51,737 nt of DNA from Nanohaloarchaea archaeon B1-Br10_U2g29 (GCA_001564145.1 LKMQ01000001.1:1-51737), one strand, 5' to 3'. Shown: positions 6,809-15,415, counted from the first letter of the stretch. Notes: a model not told the origin generated them from the letters alone. Numbers and translations are program-made.

Positions 6809-7552
6809 TCAAAGCTTCTTAATCTTCCCAGGTTTTGGCTCATAACAAGTGCCCTCAGACAGAAGAGAATTCACAGTGTCCTCTAACTTGTCTTCAGGCT
6901 CGTCAACCTCATCAAGTATATCACTGTAATCTGCGCCATTCCCATCATCTAACTCCTGGATCGCATCAAGTACATCTCTTTCAATGTTCTCTAGGCCTTC
7001 CTCACTGTTTTCCTCAAATTTTTCATTAAAGCTCTGAAGAACAGAGTCTACTTCGTCTGCTGTAAGAGTGCCAGCCATTTCTTTCTCAATTTCATCATGG
7101 CTCTTACCTGATTCATTCAACTGCTCAACAGTATCCCTAATCTGGTTCCATTCTTCTTTCCTTTTCTCTAGCCTTAACTGGTGTAAAAGTTCTTTCTCAG
7201 GCCTAACCTCTCTCAATATCTCTCCATCTAAGTAAATCTGGCCCTGGTACTCCCTAACTTTGCCTACTACTTCTAGAACGTCACCAGTTTCTAAGCCGTC
7301 CATAAGCTCAAGTTCATTGAAGAATTTAATTTGTAAAGTATCGTTTCCATCGTCTAAAGTCAATGATCCGTAGGTTTCATCATCGTTAATGAATCTATCA
7401 ACAACCGTTGCTACTGTTCTTGCCCTTGAAATTCTTCGGCCTTCAGGAGTTAGTAAAAAGTTAGGCTCAAAGCCCTCTCTCTGAAAGTATTTTCCTGAGT
7501 TAAGATGATTAAAATCAACAAGTTTTGCAGTCTGTCTTTTCTGCTGAGCCAT
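6809..7552 (-). CDS. RPA32/Stn1-like protein: OB fold plus C-terminal winged-helix
   Basis: OB pattern RARTVATVVDRFINDDETYGSLTLDDGNDTLQIKFF...GDVLEVVGKVREYQGQIYL. Acidic linker. C-terminal wH-like DVLDAIQELDDG...VNSLLSEGTCYEPKPGKIKKL. Start placed at MAQQKR (7552). Confidence 0.6.
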   Translation of the reverse strand: MAQQKRQTAKLVDFNHLNSGKYFQREGFEPNFLLTPEGRRISRARTVATVVDRFINDDETYGSLTLDDGNDTLQIKFFNELELMDGLETGDVLEVVGKVREYQGQIYLDGEILREVRPEKELLHQLRLEKRKEEWNQIRDTVEQLNESGKSHDEIEKEMAGTLTADEVDSVLQSFNEKFEENSEEGLENIERDVLDAIQELDDGNGADYSDILDEVDEPEDKLEDTVNSLLSEGTCYEPKPGKIKKL

Positions 7553-7609
7553 AATAATATCGGTAAAGTTGAATCTTATGAATGTTACCTCGGAGTAGCT
7601 GTTCAAGGA

Positions 7610-9604
7610 CTAAATCTTCTGGACAAATCCTTGTTTTGGCTCGAACAACTCGCCTTCTCTCTTAAGCTTCTCTATAACTTTTTCAGTCTTTTCAGGAGTT
7701 ATATCCTCTGACTCTGCTCTTTCAATGACTTCCTCAATTTCGGCACTGTTATCATCACCGGAAAGCTCATCTATCAAATGCTTAATAGTCTGGATTCTAT
7801 TCCTTTGAGAGCTTGAAACTCCTGATTCAATACGGTCAATATCGAAGTCACCCGTTTCGGGATCCATACCCACCTGCTCTAACGTGTAAGTTAAAATGTC
7901 AATAGCCCTTTGGGCATCACTCTCATCAACTTCTTCCTTTAACTGGGCGCGCGCAGAGGCCTCAGCAATTCTAACCATTGCCTCCAACTGACGGGCTGTA
8001 ATCGGAACCGAATCCTTATCACCGGAAGAACGCATCGAAACATAAAATTCTTGTATCTTATCTGTTGCCTCCTCCAATAACTGAGGCCTGACATTTTTCT
8101 TAGCATAAGCCACATATCTCCTAAGCTGTTGTTTATCTATCTCTGCATCTTGTTCTTCAGGCTCTCTATGATTTGATAAAATCTGATTAGCCAGTTTAGT
8201 GTCCCTATCTTTATCTGGTTCATCCTTTACTGGGAAGATAAAGTCAAACCTGGAAAGAAGTGTGTCACCAATATTGATTTGTTCTGGAATTGGTTCGTAA
8301 GGGTCAAATCTCCCAAGTTTTGGGTTACCTGCAGCCAAAATAGATGTCTGGGCATTCAGTGTGGCTTGTATATTCGCCTTAGAAACCGAAATCTGCTGCT
8401 GTTCCATCGCTTCGTGCAATGAACTCCTATCCTCAACTGACATCTTATCAATTTCATCAATCGCTGCCATACCTTTATGAGCTAAAACTACGGCTCCTGC
8501 CTCCAGGCTAAATTCGCCTGTAGATTCTTCCTTAACGACAGATGCGGTGAGCCCTGCTCCTGTACTGCTTTTTCCTACTACGTAGCGGCCTTTCGGCGCT
8601 AATTCTCCTGTAAATTTAAGTAGCTGTGATTTACCTGTTCCTGGCTCACCTATCAAAAGTATGTGTAAATCGCCACGGCTTTTCACTCCGTCTTCACGGG
8701 TTTTCCTAACTCCTCCAAATAATTGTAGTGCAATTGCCTCTTTTATTTTATCATGCCCGTAAATACTGGGTGCTATAGACCCTATAATTCTTTCAAATAT
8801 TTTTGGATCTTCAGCCATCTCCTTGATATGCTCTATTTCATCTTCATCGAGTTCAAGCTGTTCAAACTCCTGTTGCCGAGGCTCAACATTATTAGCCTCC
8901 ATAAAAATATCGAACTTCTTACTATTTTTCTTGATAGGTCTCTCACGGACTATGCCGGTGACCTCAACAACATTACCTGGAACCACCTTTTTCTGGAACT
9001 CTGGATCAACTAAATCACCCTCTAATATAACTGACAATGAGCTTGGTTGTTCAGATCCTTCTCTTGACTCCGGATTTTCCTCCAAAGTCACAATCTGTGT
9101 ATCCCTCATATGTTTTTCTAAAGGCTCAAATCTCTTGCTACCGCAGTCACACTTGTAAGGAGATTTAAGCTGTGAAGAGTCCTGGTCTTTCTCATAAGTT
9201 GCACCACACTGGGTACACTCAAATGTGGCTGATACAACTTCAGGCTTGACTTGGGACGCTCTCTTAATCATTCCTTCAACTGGAACAAAACGGCCTATAT
9301 GCTCAGAACGCATGTTCCTAAGCAGAACATAATCCTCTTCAGGCATATTGACGAAACGAACATTCATATCAGTCTCCAAAAGATCAATAGCCATCACCCC
9401 TTCCCTTGCTGCATCTAAGGCCTGCTCAGGGTTATCGCGGATATATTCTGTGACTTCAGGACTGAATAAATCTAATTCCTTAAATTCAACGACTATAGAT
9501 TCGTCTCCACGTTTCTCAGCCTGAAGCACTTCTTCTTCATAACGTTCAGTGAAGAACTCCTCAAACTCAGTTACCGCCTCCCCATAATCCATACATATAC
9601 TCAT
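7610..9604 (-). CDS. mcm: MCM replicative helicase
   Basis: Zn finger CTQCG...CDCG, Walker A GEPGTGKSQLL, Walker B AAIDEIDKM, arginine finger SRFD, C-terminal wH. 660-664 aa, no intein. Alternative start at 9592. Confidence 0.95.
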   Translation of the reverse strand: MSICMDYGEAVTEFEEFFTERYEEEVLQAEKRGDESIVVEFKELDLFSPEVTEYIRDNPEQALDAAREGVMAIDLLETDMNVRFVNMPEEDYVLLRNMRSEHIGRFVPVEGMIKRASQVKPEVVSATFECTQCGATYEKDQDSSQLKSPYKCDCGSKRFEPLEKHMRDTQIVTLEENPESREGSEQPSSLSVILEGDLVDPEFQKKVVPGNVVEVTGIVRERPIKKNSKKFDIFMEANNVEPRQQEFEQLELDEDEIEHIKEMAEDPKIFERIIGSIAPSIYGHDKIKEAIALQLFGGVRKTREDGVKSRGDLHILLIGEPGTGKSQLLKFTGELAPKGRYVVGKSSTGAGLTASVVKEESTGEFSLEAGAVVLAHKGMAAIDEIDKMSVEDRSSLHEAMEQQQISVSKANIQATLNAQTSILAAGNPKLGRFDPYEPIPEQINIGDTLLSRFDFIFPVKDEPDKDRDTKLANQILSNHREPEEQDAEIDKQQLRRYVAYAKKNVRPQLLEEATDKIQEFYVSMRSSGDKDSVPITARQLEAMVRIAEASARAQLKEEVDESDAQRAIDILTYTLEQVGMDPETGDFDIDRIESGVSSSQRNRIQTIKHLIDELSGDDNSAEIEEVIERAESEDITPEKTEKVIEKLKREGELFEPKQGFVQKI

Positions 9605-9647
9605 TGTTAGGAAAAAGTCAAAAACCTACCAGCCACAAATATGTATT

Positions 9648-9947
9648 ATGGCTAATAGTCTTTCTAAAGAAAAAGTAGAGAAATTAATTGAAAACTTGGA
9701 TATATGGGGAGTACAGAACGAAAAACTTGTTACTCGAATAGAGTTCGATGACTACCGTGAGGCCTGTTTCTTTGCCAACACAGTCTTTTCAATAGCGGAA
9801 AAAGAGTTCCATCACCCAAAAGTAGTTGTAGAGTACGGAGCAGTTGAAATCGATTTATGGAGTCACGATGTAGAAGGCCTAACTGAAAGAGACTTTGAAT
9901 TAGCGGAAAAAATTGAAGAGAACGTAAGCAACATAGACTGGAACTGA
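9648..9947 (+). CDS. pterin-4a-carbinolamine dehydratase (PCD/DCoH family)
   Basis: 99 aa. F..A..F...VF..AE.EFHHP...V.Y..V.I.L.SHD pattern, including the EFHHP signature. Confidence 0.8.
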   Translation: MANSLSKEKVEKLIENLDIWGVQNEKLVTRIEFDDYREACFFANTVFSIAEKEFHHPKVVVEYGAVEIDLWSHDVEGLTERDFELAEKIEENVSNIDWN

Positions 9948-10408
9948 TGAGAGTTCCTGATAACGCTGACAGAGACTTTGTAGCAGGAGCATTCGTCATA
10001 AAAGATGCTAAAATACTGTTTTTGAACCACAAAAAGTACGGTATCTGGCTTCAACCAGGAGGCCACATTGAAGATAGAGAAACACCCGATGAAGCAGCTG
10101 TAAGAGAAACAAGGGAGGAAGTGGGAATAGAAATAGAAATACTGGAACGTTACAAGCCTAACAGTTCATACGAAGGTCTTAGTGAAGACTTACCTCAGCC
10201 CTTCAACATTAATCTCCATCAGATAGATGAAGGCCATTGGCATCTTGACTTTCAGTACTTAGCAAGGCCTGTAGGTAAGATTAACGAGAAAGAGTATTCT
10301 GATAGAGATATGAAGTGGTTTACAGAAGAGGAACTTGAAAATGAGCAGTTGGATATGCCTGAAAATGCAAGGAAAACTGCTTTAAAGGCCTTGAAAGAAA
10401 TAAATTAA
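9947..10408 (+). CDS. NUDIX hydrolase
   Basis: Nudix box GGHIEDRETPDEAAVRETREEVGIE. Its start overlaps the PCD stop (TGATG). Confidence 0.8.
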   Translation: MRVPDNADRDFVAGAFVIKDAKILFLNHKKYGIWLQPGGHIEDRETPDEAAVRETREEVGIEIEILERYKPNSSYEGLSEDLPQPFNINLHQIDEGHWHLDFQYLARPVGKINEKEYSDRDMKWFTEEELENEQLDMPENARKTALKALKEIN

Positions 10409-10857
10409 AATTTAAGCTGCTTAATATTTGTTTTTTGAGATCCTATTCTTTCAAAATCATTTATAATCTTAATTATATCGAATCTAAGCTCCAGATTTTT
10501 TATCTCTGACTTAGAGAAATATTTTGCATCCATAATTTCATCATCTTCAACATTTCCTAGTTCGCCTCCTTCTTTTGAGGCCTCGAAAATTATATTTACA
10601 TTCTTTTTATCAGTTCTTTGCGCATTTCTAGTATAGACTCCGATAAGCCCTTCTATTTTTGTTTTAAGACCTGATTCTTCTAATGTTTCCCTGACTGCGG
10701 CTTCTCTGATAGTTTCGTCATAAGCTTCATCTTCTCTTGAATATCCTCCCGTAGGCAGATTCCATTTGCCTTTGACATGTTCCTTGGCTTCCTGTATTAA
10801 CAAGTATTCTCCTTTAGAATTAGTTATGAGGCAACCTGTTCCAAGATGTACTGACAT
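10405..10857 (-). CDS. NUDIX hydrolase
   Basis: Nudix box PTGGYSREDEAYDETIREAAVRETLEESGL. Convergent with the preceding NUDIX gene; the two stop codons share a TTAA. Confidence 0.8.
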   Translation of the reverse strand: MSVHLGTGCLITNSKGEYLLIQEAKEHVKGKWNLPTGGYSREDEAYDETIREAAVRETLEESGLKTKIEGLIGVYTRNAQRTDKKNVNIIFEASKEGGELGNVEDDEIMDAKYFSKSEIKNLELRFDIIKIINDFERIGSQKTNIKQLKF

Positions 10858-10887
10858 AGAGTTAAAGAGAAAAAAGAATATGTGGAG

Positions 10888-11436
10888 CTAAAGCGCTCCG
10901 ATTTCCTTGAGGTTCTCCTCAAGCGCTTCGATTCCTTTTTCGACGTCCTCGTAGGTTCTTCCCCCTGTACAAACCAGGTTTCCTGAACTGAATAATAGGA
11001 ACACAACTTTAGGCTCATCTAGTCTGTAGACTAGGCCTGGGAACTGCTCTGGCTCATACTCTGTTCCGACTAACTCGAAAGCAATCCTGTTTAGGTTAAG
11101 AGTTCCATCTAACTGGCTTGAAGCAACAATGTTCTGTACTGTTACCTCTGGTTTTGTTCCAATTTCTACGTCTGCTTCCCTTAGTTCATCGATTATTTTA
11201 TGAGTGGCTTCTTTCGCTTGTTCTGGAGATTTGGTTCCCGTACAGACTACTTTTCCTGATCCGAATAGTAAAGCTGCTGCCTTCGGATTTTCTAGTCTAT
11301 AGACTAGGCCTGGGAACTGCTCTGGCTCATACTCTGTGTTTTCGAGGTAGATCGCGATTCTGTCGAGAGGGAGTCGCTGATCGAAGGTCGCTGATGCGAC
11401 CACGTTTTGAATTTCAATGTCTTCGTCTTTTACCAT
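10888..11436 (-). CDS. tbp: TATA-box binding protein
   Basis: 182 aa. Two TBP repeats, each with NIVAS...L.L..IA......EYEPEQFPGLVYRL...LLF.SGK/N.VCTG. Confidence 0.95.
   Translation of the reverse strand: MVKDEDIEIQNVVASATFDQRLPLDRIAIYLENTEYEPEQFPGLVYRLENPKAAALLFGSGKVVCTGTKSPEQAKEATHKIIDELREADVEIGTKPEVTVQNIVASSQLDGTLNLNRIAFELVGTEYEPEQFPGLVYRLDEPKVVFLLFSSGNLVCTGGRTYEDVEKGIEALEENLKEIGAL
11018..11064. repeat. 47-nt intragenic direct repeat, copy 1 (TBP repeat 2 coding region)
   Basis: tctagtctGtagactaggcctgggaactgctctggctcatactctgt. 46/47 identical to 11291-11337, offset 273 nt (91 codons). Confidence 0.9.
11291..11337. repeat. 47-nt intragenic direct repeat, copy 2 (TBP repeat 1 coding region)
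   Basis: tctagtctAtagactaggcctgggaactgctctggctcatactctgt. Encodes TEYEPEQFPGLVYRL, as does copy 1. Confidence 0.9.
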
Positions 11437-11506
11437 AGTATTCTATTTTTCACCTTTGGATTCAAGAGCAACAATTTAAAAACTGTTTATATACTCTTAT
11501 CAACCA

Positions 11507-11514
11507 TTTATAAA
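11507..11514 (+). promoter_or_regulatory. TATA box (TTTATAAA)
   Basis: Centre 28-29 nt upstream of the TTG at 11539 that opens the 106-aa ORF. Confidence 0.35.
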
Positions 11515-11538
11515 TAAACTCTTTTAAAAGGCCTCGGT

Positions 11539-11859
11539 TTGTTAAAGTACAAACCGCAAGTATATACTGTGGACGAATTACAACGACAAATCCTGTTATT
11601 AGTGTCAATAATGGTCTTCTTATCAGCAATAACAATATTCCTCATACAGGCATCAAATCCTGAAGAGCCCTCCATACAGGAAGAAGGCGAAAAAAATAAT
11701 ACTTTAACTGACCAAGTAAGAGATATAGAAGTAACTGAGCCCGAAGGAGATAATCTTCTTTCGCAATCAGTTAGAGGCCTAATAGCTCTTTATAGAGATT
11801 TCCAGTCAGGAACCGAGTTATTCTTAGACCTTGATGAAACTAATGAAACTACTGAGTAA
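11539..11859 (+). CDS. hypothetical single-pass membrane protein with acidic C-terminal domain
   Basis: One TM helix (ILLLVSIMVFLSAITIFLI). TTG start supported only by TATA spacing. Alternative ATG at 11611. Confidence 0.4.
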   Translation: MLKYKPQVYTVDELQRQILLLVSIMVFLSAITIFLIQASNPEEPSIQEEGEKNNTLTDQVRDIEVTEPEGDNLLSQSVRGLIALYRDFQSGTELFLDLDETNETTE

Positions 11860-11900
11860 AATAGAATTTGAATTAGAAAAAGTAGATCACAATATGTAAA

Positions 11901-12476
11901 TTATTTGTTCTTACCGTCCTTAGCGTTACCTGAAGGTCTTAGCTTTTCTGCACCTTTTCCTTTGTTTTTCAGGCCTCTGCTCTTTTTGGCTGCTGGAGTG
12001 AGTCCGTTCTGTGCTCGGTTATTTTGTTCGACAATCCAGTTAATGTCATCGTCTGCTTGGATCTCCGGATTTTCTGGATCGACTGTAATTACTTCGAACC
12101 ATCTGTAGTTTCCGTCTTCTGCAACCCAGTAGCTATCCAATACTTCTAAATTAGAGTGGTTGGAGGCTAGCTTCTGTTCTGCTATTACTTGCTTGGATTT
12201 CTTTGAGCTGTAACGAGACTGTCCTGCCTTACTCGGCTTTCTTCCACCGTCAGCTCTTCTTCTTTTTGTTCCTCCTTTTCTTATTCTTACTCTGTATACT
12301 TGGAATCCTTTTTTGGCTTTGTATCCTTTTTGGCGAGCTTTAGGAATTCTTGTTGGACCTTCCTGTTTTTCTATTACTCCTTCTTTTCTCCACTTCTGAA
12401 GTCTTCTCTTCCAAACTTCATCCAGATTCTCTTTTGGTTGTTCGTATTGTTCTCTGGCGTATTTGTAATAACTCAC
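11901..12476 (-). CDS. rpl15e: 50S ribosomal protein eL15 (L15e)
   Basis: (M)SYYKYAREQYEQP..., KARQKGYKAKKGFQVYRVRIRKGG, and LEVLDSYWV..DG.YRWFEVI are diagnostic of L15e. GTG start at 12476. Confidence 0.9.
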   Translation of the reverse strand: MSYYKYAREQYEQPKENLDEVWKRRLQKWRKEGVIEKQEGPTRIPKARQKGYKAKKGFQVYRVRIRKGGTKRRRADGGRKPSKAGQSRYSSKKSKQVIAEQKLASNHSNLEVLDSYWVAEDGNYRWFEVITVDPENPEIQADDDINWIVEQNNRAQNGLTPAAKKSRGLKNKGKGAEKLRPSGNAKDGKNK

Positions 12477-12582
12477 CGTTAATCAGCTCTATATCTGTTT
12501 AGGCGGTGTAAATATTATAAACCCTTTTCAGAATCAAGGTTAGTAATATAAGAGTTTTTTGTCATTGGTTAGTTGTGATAAT

Positions 12583-12933
12583 ATGCATCCAGGAATAAAA
12601 GTAGTATTCGGAGCACTAATGGTAGTACTAGGCGTATATTCTTCGCTGACCTACACCGCAGAACTAGTAAACTTTGTACAGGCAGTAATCGGGCCTCTAC
12701 TAATATTGGTAGGAGCCTTCATAATCTGGCTGGAAAGCGATGAATGGAAACTGAACATGGAAGACAGTAAAGATAGAGGCCTAGACGTACAACAAAGCCT
12801 CAAACCACAGACAGAAACCAAAGAGAAACCTGAAAAAGAAGAAAGTTCAGATAAAATTGCTTGTCCAGACTGCGGAAAAGAGTTCGACACAGAAAGAGGA
12901 ATGAAGATCCACAGAACTCAGAAACACGCCTAA
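12583..12933 (+). CDS. two-TM membrane protein with C-terminal C2H2 zinc finger
   Basis: Hydrophobic helices IKVVFGALMVVLGVYSSL and AVIGPLLILVGAFIIWL, a charged linker, then CPDCGKEFDTERGMKIHRTQKH (C-x2-C-x12-H-x4-H). ATG at 12583 preferred over the track's TTG at 12559. Confidence 0.6.
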   Translation: MHPGIKVVFGALMVVLGVYSSLTYTAELVNFVQAVIGPLLILVGAFIIWLESDEWKLNMEDSKDRGLDVQQSLKPQTETKEKPEKEESSDKIACPDCGKEFDTERGMKIHRTQKHA

Positions 12934-12937
12934 AAAA

Positions 12938-14599
12938 TTACTGAGAATCATACAGATTCTCCAATTTTTCTTTACTATCTGCTTCTTCTTTATCATCTCT
13001 AAAGCTTTTCAGACGAGGGAAACGTAACGCAAAACCAGATTCATAAGTTGGACTTTCTTGAATTTCTTCATACTCAACCTCTACCAATACCTCAGGCCTT
13101 AATTCTACATCACGGCCTTCTTCAGACTTAATTAATGGCTTTAATCTTTCAGTCACTTCTTCAAGCTGCTCATCTGTCAGACCTGAACTCATTCTACCCA
13201 CCATTTCATACTCACCAGTTTCGTCATTCCAGCAGCCCAGCTTTAATCTTCCAAGCCATCCGCTTTTACGGCCTTCACTCCACTGTGCTCCGATAATCGC
13301 TAAGTCCAGTGTCTCCATCACAGGCTTCAACTTAACCATGTAACCTACTCGAGACCCTGGTTTATACTCTGCGTCTAAAGATTTCATCATCACTCCTTCA
13401 TGATTTTCACCTAGCGAGGACTGCTGCATCTCATTAACATCCTCAACAATTGAAGTTTCAATATGGTCTGCCAGTCTAACATCTTCGTTCTCATCTATTA
13501 CTTCTTCAAGTCTCTTCCATCTCTCACTGTAAGGTTTCTCCATCAACGATTCCTCTTCGTAAATAAGGTCAAAAGGCCTTAAATCTACAGGTATCTCATT
13601 TCTCAGTTTTTCAATTTCATACTTCCTTTTAATTCTTTTAGAAAGTCTTTGGAATGGGATGACTTCTCCATCTTTCATTCCTACTATTTCGGAGTCAATT
13701 ATACAGTTTTCTGAATCAACTTGCTTTTCTACATATTTTTTGACATCGGGGAACTGATCTGTAATATTTTCCAATCTTCTGGTGAATATTTTGACTTCTC
13801 CTTCTTTAACATGAATTTGGGCCCTCAAACCATCATACTTGAAGTCAACTGCTGCTGGCTCTCCAACAGTATCAAAACCGTCCTCGATACTCTCTACTTT
13901 TTGCGCTAGCATCGACTTTACAGGTCTGAATAACTGCAAATCAATTTTATCAAGTTCTTCAGTTCCTTTTCTTGAAGCTTTAGCGACCTGTCTAAAGTCG
14001 TTTGAGTAGTCGTAGGCCTGTTGCACAAGCTCTGAATGCTCTCCGTTAAGAAATGCTTGGTCTAATGCATCTCTTACTGTTCCCTCCCCTATACCTATTC
14101 TAAGGTTTTCTAGCATCATTCTGGCCAGATAACGGGCTTCTGCTGGTTCAGCTGAAGACAGTAAATCTGCTAATAACTTCTTCTTTTTATCTTGGCTGAC
14201 GCTTTGGCTTATCCCTTGTTTCTCCATTTCTGAAACTTTTTGAAGCCGGTTCATTACTTTTTCAACAGTCAGTTCTTTCGTCATTAATCTTTGCTGCTTC
14301 TTATTTTCTATCATTTCTTCGGCAGCGTCACCCAGGTCTCCTGAAGTCTTCCAAACTTCTTCAACTTCCTCCTCTTTTCTGCCTGAGGCCATTGCAATTA
14401 TATCTACAACCGATTTACTTGAAATCCCTAAATCTAAATCTTGCCATGCCGGAGAAATCCTACCTAATGATAGCATGACTACATCCTCTAAATGATCTTC
14501 TGACTCTGAGTAAAGGCTCGATAGTATATCTATTTTTTCGAGTGAGGCCTGTGTATTTTCTACTTTTTCTAGATGTTCGACAAGTTTAGAGAACTCCAC
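12938..14599 (-). CDS. lig: ATP-dependent DNA ligase (Lig1 type)
   Basis: Adenylation motif I FKYDGLRAQIH. N-terminal DNA-binding domain plus adenylation and OB domains; 553 aa. GTG start. Confidence 0.95.
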   Translation of the reverse strand: MEFSKLVEHLEKVENTQASLEKIDILSSLYSESEDHLEDVVMLSLGRISPAWQDLDLGISSKSVVDIIAMASGRKEEEVEEVWKTSGDLGDAAEEMIENKKQQRLMTKELTVEKVMNRLQKVSEMEKQGISQSVSQDKKKKLLADLLSSAEPAEARYLARMMLENLRIGIGEGTVRDALDQAFLNGEHSELVQQAYDYSNDFRQVAKASRKGTEELDKIDLQLFRPVKSMLAQKVESIEDGFDTVGEPAAVDFKYDGLRAQIHVKEGEVKIFTRRLENITDQFPDVKKYVEKQVDSENCIIDSEIVGMKDGEVIPFQRLSKRIKRKYEIEKLRNEIPVDLRPFDLIYEEESLMEKPYSERWKRLEEVIDENEDVRLADHIETSIVEDVNEMQQSSLGENHEGVMMKSLDAEYKPGSRVGYMVKLKPVMETLDLAIIGAQWSEGRKSGWLGRLKLGCWNDETGEYEMVGRMSSGLTDEQLEEVTERLKPLIKSEEGRDVELRPEVLVEVEYEEIQESPTYESGFALRFPRLKSFRDDKEEADSKEKLENLYDSQ

Positions 14600-14622
14600 A
14601 AATTGTTTTTGGGCCTGAAAAT

Positions 14623-14630
14623 GTTTAAAC
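14623..14630. promoter_or_regulatory. palindromic TATA-like element GTTTAAAC shared by divergent genes
   Basis: Centre (14626.5) is 27.5 nt from the ligase GTG (14599, minus) and 27.5 nt from the nitroreductase ATG (14654, plus). Confidence 0.4.
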
Positions 14631-14653
14631 TGTTTGAAAGTAATTACTGTATT

Positions 14654-15292
14654 ATGGCAAGGCTGGAAGATTTCAACTCAATCAAAGGGTTTAACACTGC
14701 TAGAGATGAAGTAATTGAGAGAAAGAAAATGGGTAGAATTTTAGAGGCCGGTCGGCATGCTCCCTCACCAGGTAATGTTCACACAGTTGAGTTCGTTGTA
14801 ATTGAAGATCATGAAAAACTTGGACATTTATCAGGTATTGTAGGTGAGAAAACAGTAGAAGAGGCTCCAACATCTGTTGTAGTACTTTGTGACCCTGAGA
14901 GAATGGGACGTAGAGTTGACAATGAAATGGAGGCCTGTTTTGCCGAGGTTTCTGGCTCAGTTCAGAACATGAGGATTTTAGGGAATAGTGAAGGCCTGTG
15001 CAGTAATTTAGTAATGGGTTTTGATCATACTTCTGTGGCTAATTTGATTGATGCCCCTTCTAATAAAGTGCCTTTGGCAGTTTTAACTTTCGCTTATTCA
15101 GATAATCCTACTAAGCCTAGTGACCGTTTTGGCATGAATGAGATCTGTTTCTATGATGAGTATGGTAGCCAAGTTCAGAGTGTGTTTGATGGCTGGGAGT
15201 GGGAAGGTATTCATGAGGAGCGAGAAATCTATTTTAAGAAGATGCGAGGCTTAGTTAAGAAGGTGAAGGAACGGGTTGGAAAGAGTTTATAA
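14654..15292 (+). CDS. nitroreductase-family flavoprotein
   Basis: RHAPSPGNVHTVEFVVIED is the nitroreductase N-terminal motif. Start placed at MARLEDF (14654) because the track start would overlap the ligase 5' end. Confidence 0.7.
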   Translation: MARLEDFNSIKGFNTARDEVIERKKMGRILEAGRHAPSPGNVHTVEFVVIEDHEKLGHLSGIVGEKTVEEAPTSVVVLCDPERMGRRVDNEMEACFAEVSGSVQNMRILGNSEGLCSNLVMGFDHTSVANLIDAPSNKVPLAVLTFAYSDNPTKPSDRFGMNEICFYDEYGSQVQSVFDGWEWEGIHEEREIYFKKMRGLVKKVKERVGKSL

Positions 15293-15415
15293 ATATTCGG
15301 AACCATTGTTTACTTGTTGATGATAACGGATTGTTTTGTGAGTTTCCGGAAAGAAAACCAAGAAAAAGTTTATAACTACTCTAAAGGAAACATTCTCATA
15401 GGTGTATAAAGTAAA

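Noticed and set aside
7610-9604. Inteins in MCM, AtpA or AtpB, which are common insertion hosts in archaea.
   Set aside because: Protein lengths (664, 586 and 461 aa) and contiguous Walker/sensor motifs leave no room for an intein. No Cys/Ser...HN-Cys/Ser/Thr splice junction blocks were seen.
15300-15415. Possible C/D-box sRNA (a TTGATGA C-box-like motif at about 15326-15332) in the nitroreductase-trmB spacer.
   Set aside because: There is no downstream CUGA D box at an appropriate distance and no terminal stem. The C-box match lacks the leading purine.
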